Shown here one piece after another: positions 63,067-64,000 of a DNA stretch of 64,000 nt. The stretch is from Eledone cirrhosa. Taxonomy: Eukaryota. Position 1 is the first letter of the stretch, and each line of letters begins with the position of its first letter. The DNA is taken from contig OZ024741.1 in NCBI GenBank assembly GCA_964016885.1, forward strand, positions 2,108,001 to 2,172,000. Reading direction: 5' to 3'. The notes beneath the pieces are model-generated. The model did no database searches, was not told the DNA's origin, and saw only the letters and a list, made by a program, of their open reading frames with translations. The position numbers and the translations under genes are program-made.

Positions 63067-64000
63067 AAGGAATGGATCCCAAAACAGGGGTCATAGCCGA
63101 CACTCTTCCAAAAGACAAAACGTTAATAAAGTAATAAAAAGGTGAAGGGACCATCATCAGTGGCGGCTACACCAATAACTACATTTGAAGCAGCTACACC
63201 AGCAACAAAATTGCCGAAGAGGGCTCCACTACCACCACCAACAGCCGTGGAGCACATACCCCTCCCAGACGCCACAGAATACGACATGGAGTTTGAGGTG
63301 GGAGTGAAGTGGCAAATGGTCTGCCACAAAAAAAGAAAAAAGAAAAAATCCCTTAGATTCACCCTCCAAAACCGAAGGCATACAAAGAGGGGTAAAGGCA
63401 GCAAGGAAACTTGCAGCAACACCACCACCACAAGCACCACAAGCACGACTGACGACAACAACCACACCACCACCAGCATCACCAAAAACACTAACAACGC
63501 AAACAAAACAAGAAGAAAACAGCAACAAAATCACCCCTTCCACAAAAAAGTACACAGCCACAAAAAATAGCAAAAAAAGAACTCACACAATATATAAAGA
63601 AGCACACAGACATCACAGAAAAAAAAACTACTACACCCCACCAACACCAAGAACTCTCCCGACAAACATAACCATCATTGAAATCTCAATAGAACAGTAC
63701 AAACCTTTAAAACAAAAATTCCCCAACGCAGTTGGAGACTTCAGAGGGTCGGTTACCAAGAGCATATACACTGACATCCTCTTGGAAACACCCATGACCA
63801 GCGAAAGGGACGGTTTTACTGTCCCTTCACCACACGATCAAGGCAAGTGACCCTTTCTCACTTGCCCCGTTTCTCATCCAACATGGCCGTACTCAGAATA
63901 GGCAGTATAAATGCACGTGGCCTGGGGTCATCTTGGAAGCAGGGTCACCTGCTCAACGACATCAGGTCACTAAACATAGATGTGGTGGCCATCAGTGAGA
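63067..64000 (+). mobile_element. Tx1/L1-type LINE: decayed ORF1 C-terminus and start of ORF2, continuing beyond the window
   Basis: An A/C-rich, Thr/Lys-rich broken frame with W..V..KKRKK precedes a clean APE endonuclease start at 63883. Confidence 0.7.
63883..64000 (+). CDS. LINE ORF2 N-terminus (apurinic-like endonuclease), partial
   Basis: MAVLRIGSINARGLGSSWKQGHLLNDIRSLNIDVVAISE carries the APE motifs SxNxRGL and DVxxxxE. Confidence 0.85.
   Translation, partial: MAVLRIGSINARGLGSSWKQGHLLNDIRSLNIDVVAISE

Overview
This is eukaryotic, highly repetitive genomic DNA. The SINE and LINE repertoire and the microsatellite load look like a coleoid cephalopod (octopus), which is an inference. The only host coding sequence I can support is one 173-nt minus-strand exon of a lin-28 homolog (second half of the cold-shock domain, 16468-16640), so most of the window is probably very large intron. 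The rest holds 5'-truncated Tx1-clade LINEs (one with an intact 896-aa RT frame), R4/Dong and RTE fragments, non-autonomous Helitrons, tRNA-derived SINEs and several tandem arrays. The largest array is an 11.6-kb, 48-bp satellite that appears to have grown out of a SINE. The most striking unannotated signal is a dense set of Penelope-like element (PLE) remnants sitting in (TA)n tracts. Many are folded back into long hairpins, and several carry complete type I hammerhead ribozyme folds, mostly in the sense orientation of lin-28. All folds and alignments were done by eye; no searches were run.
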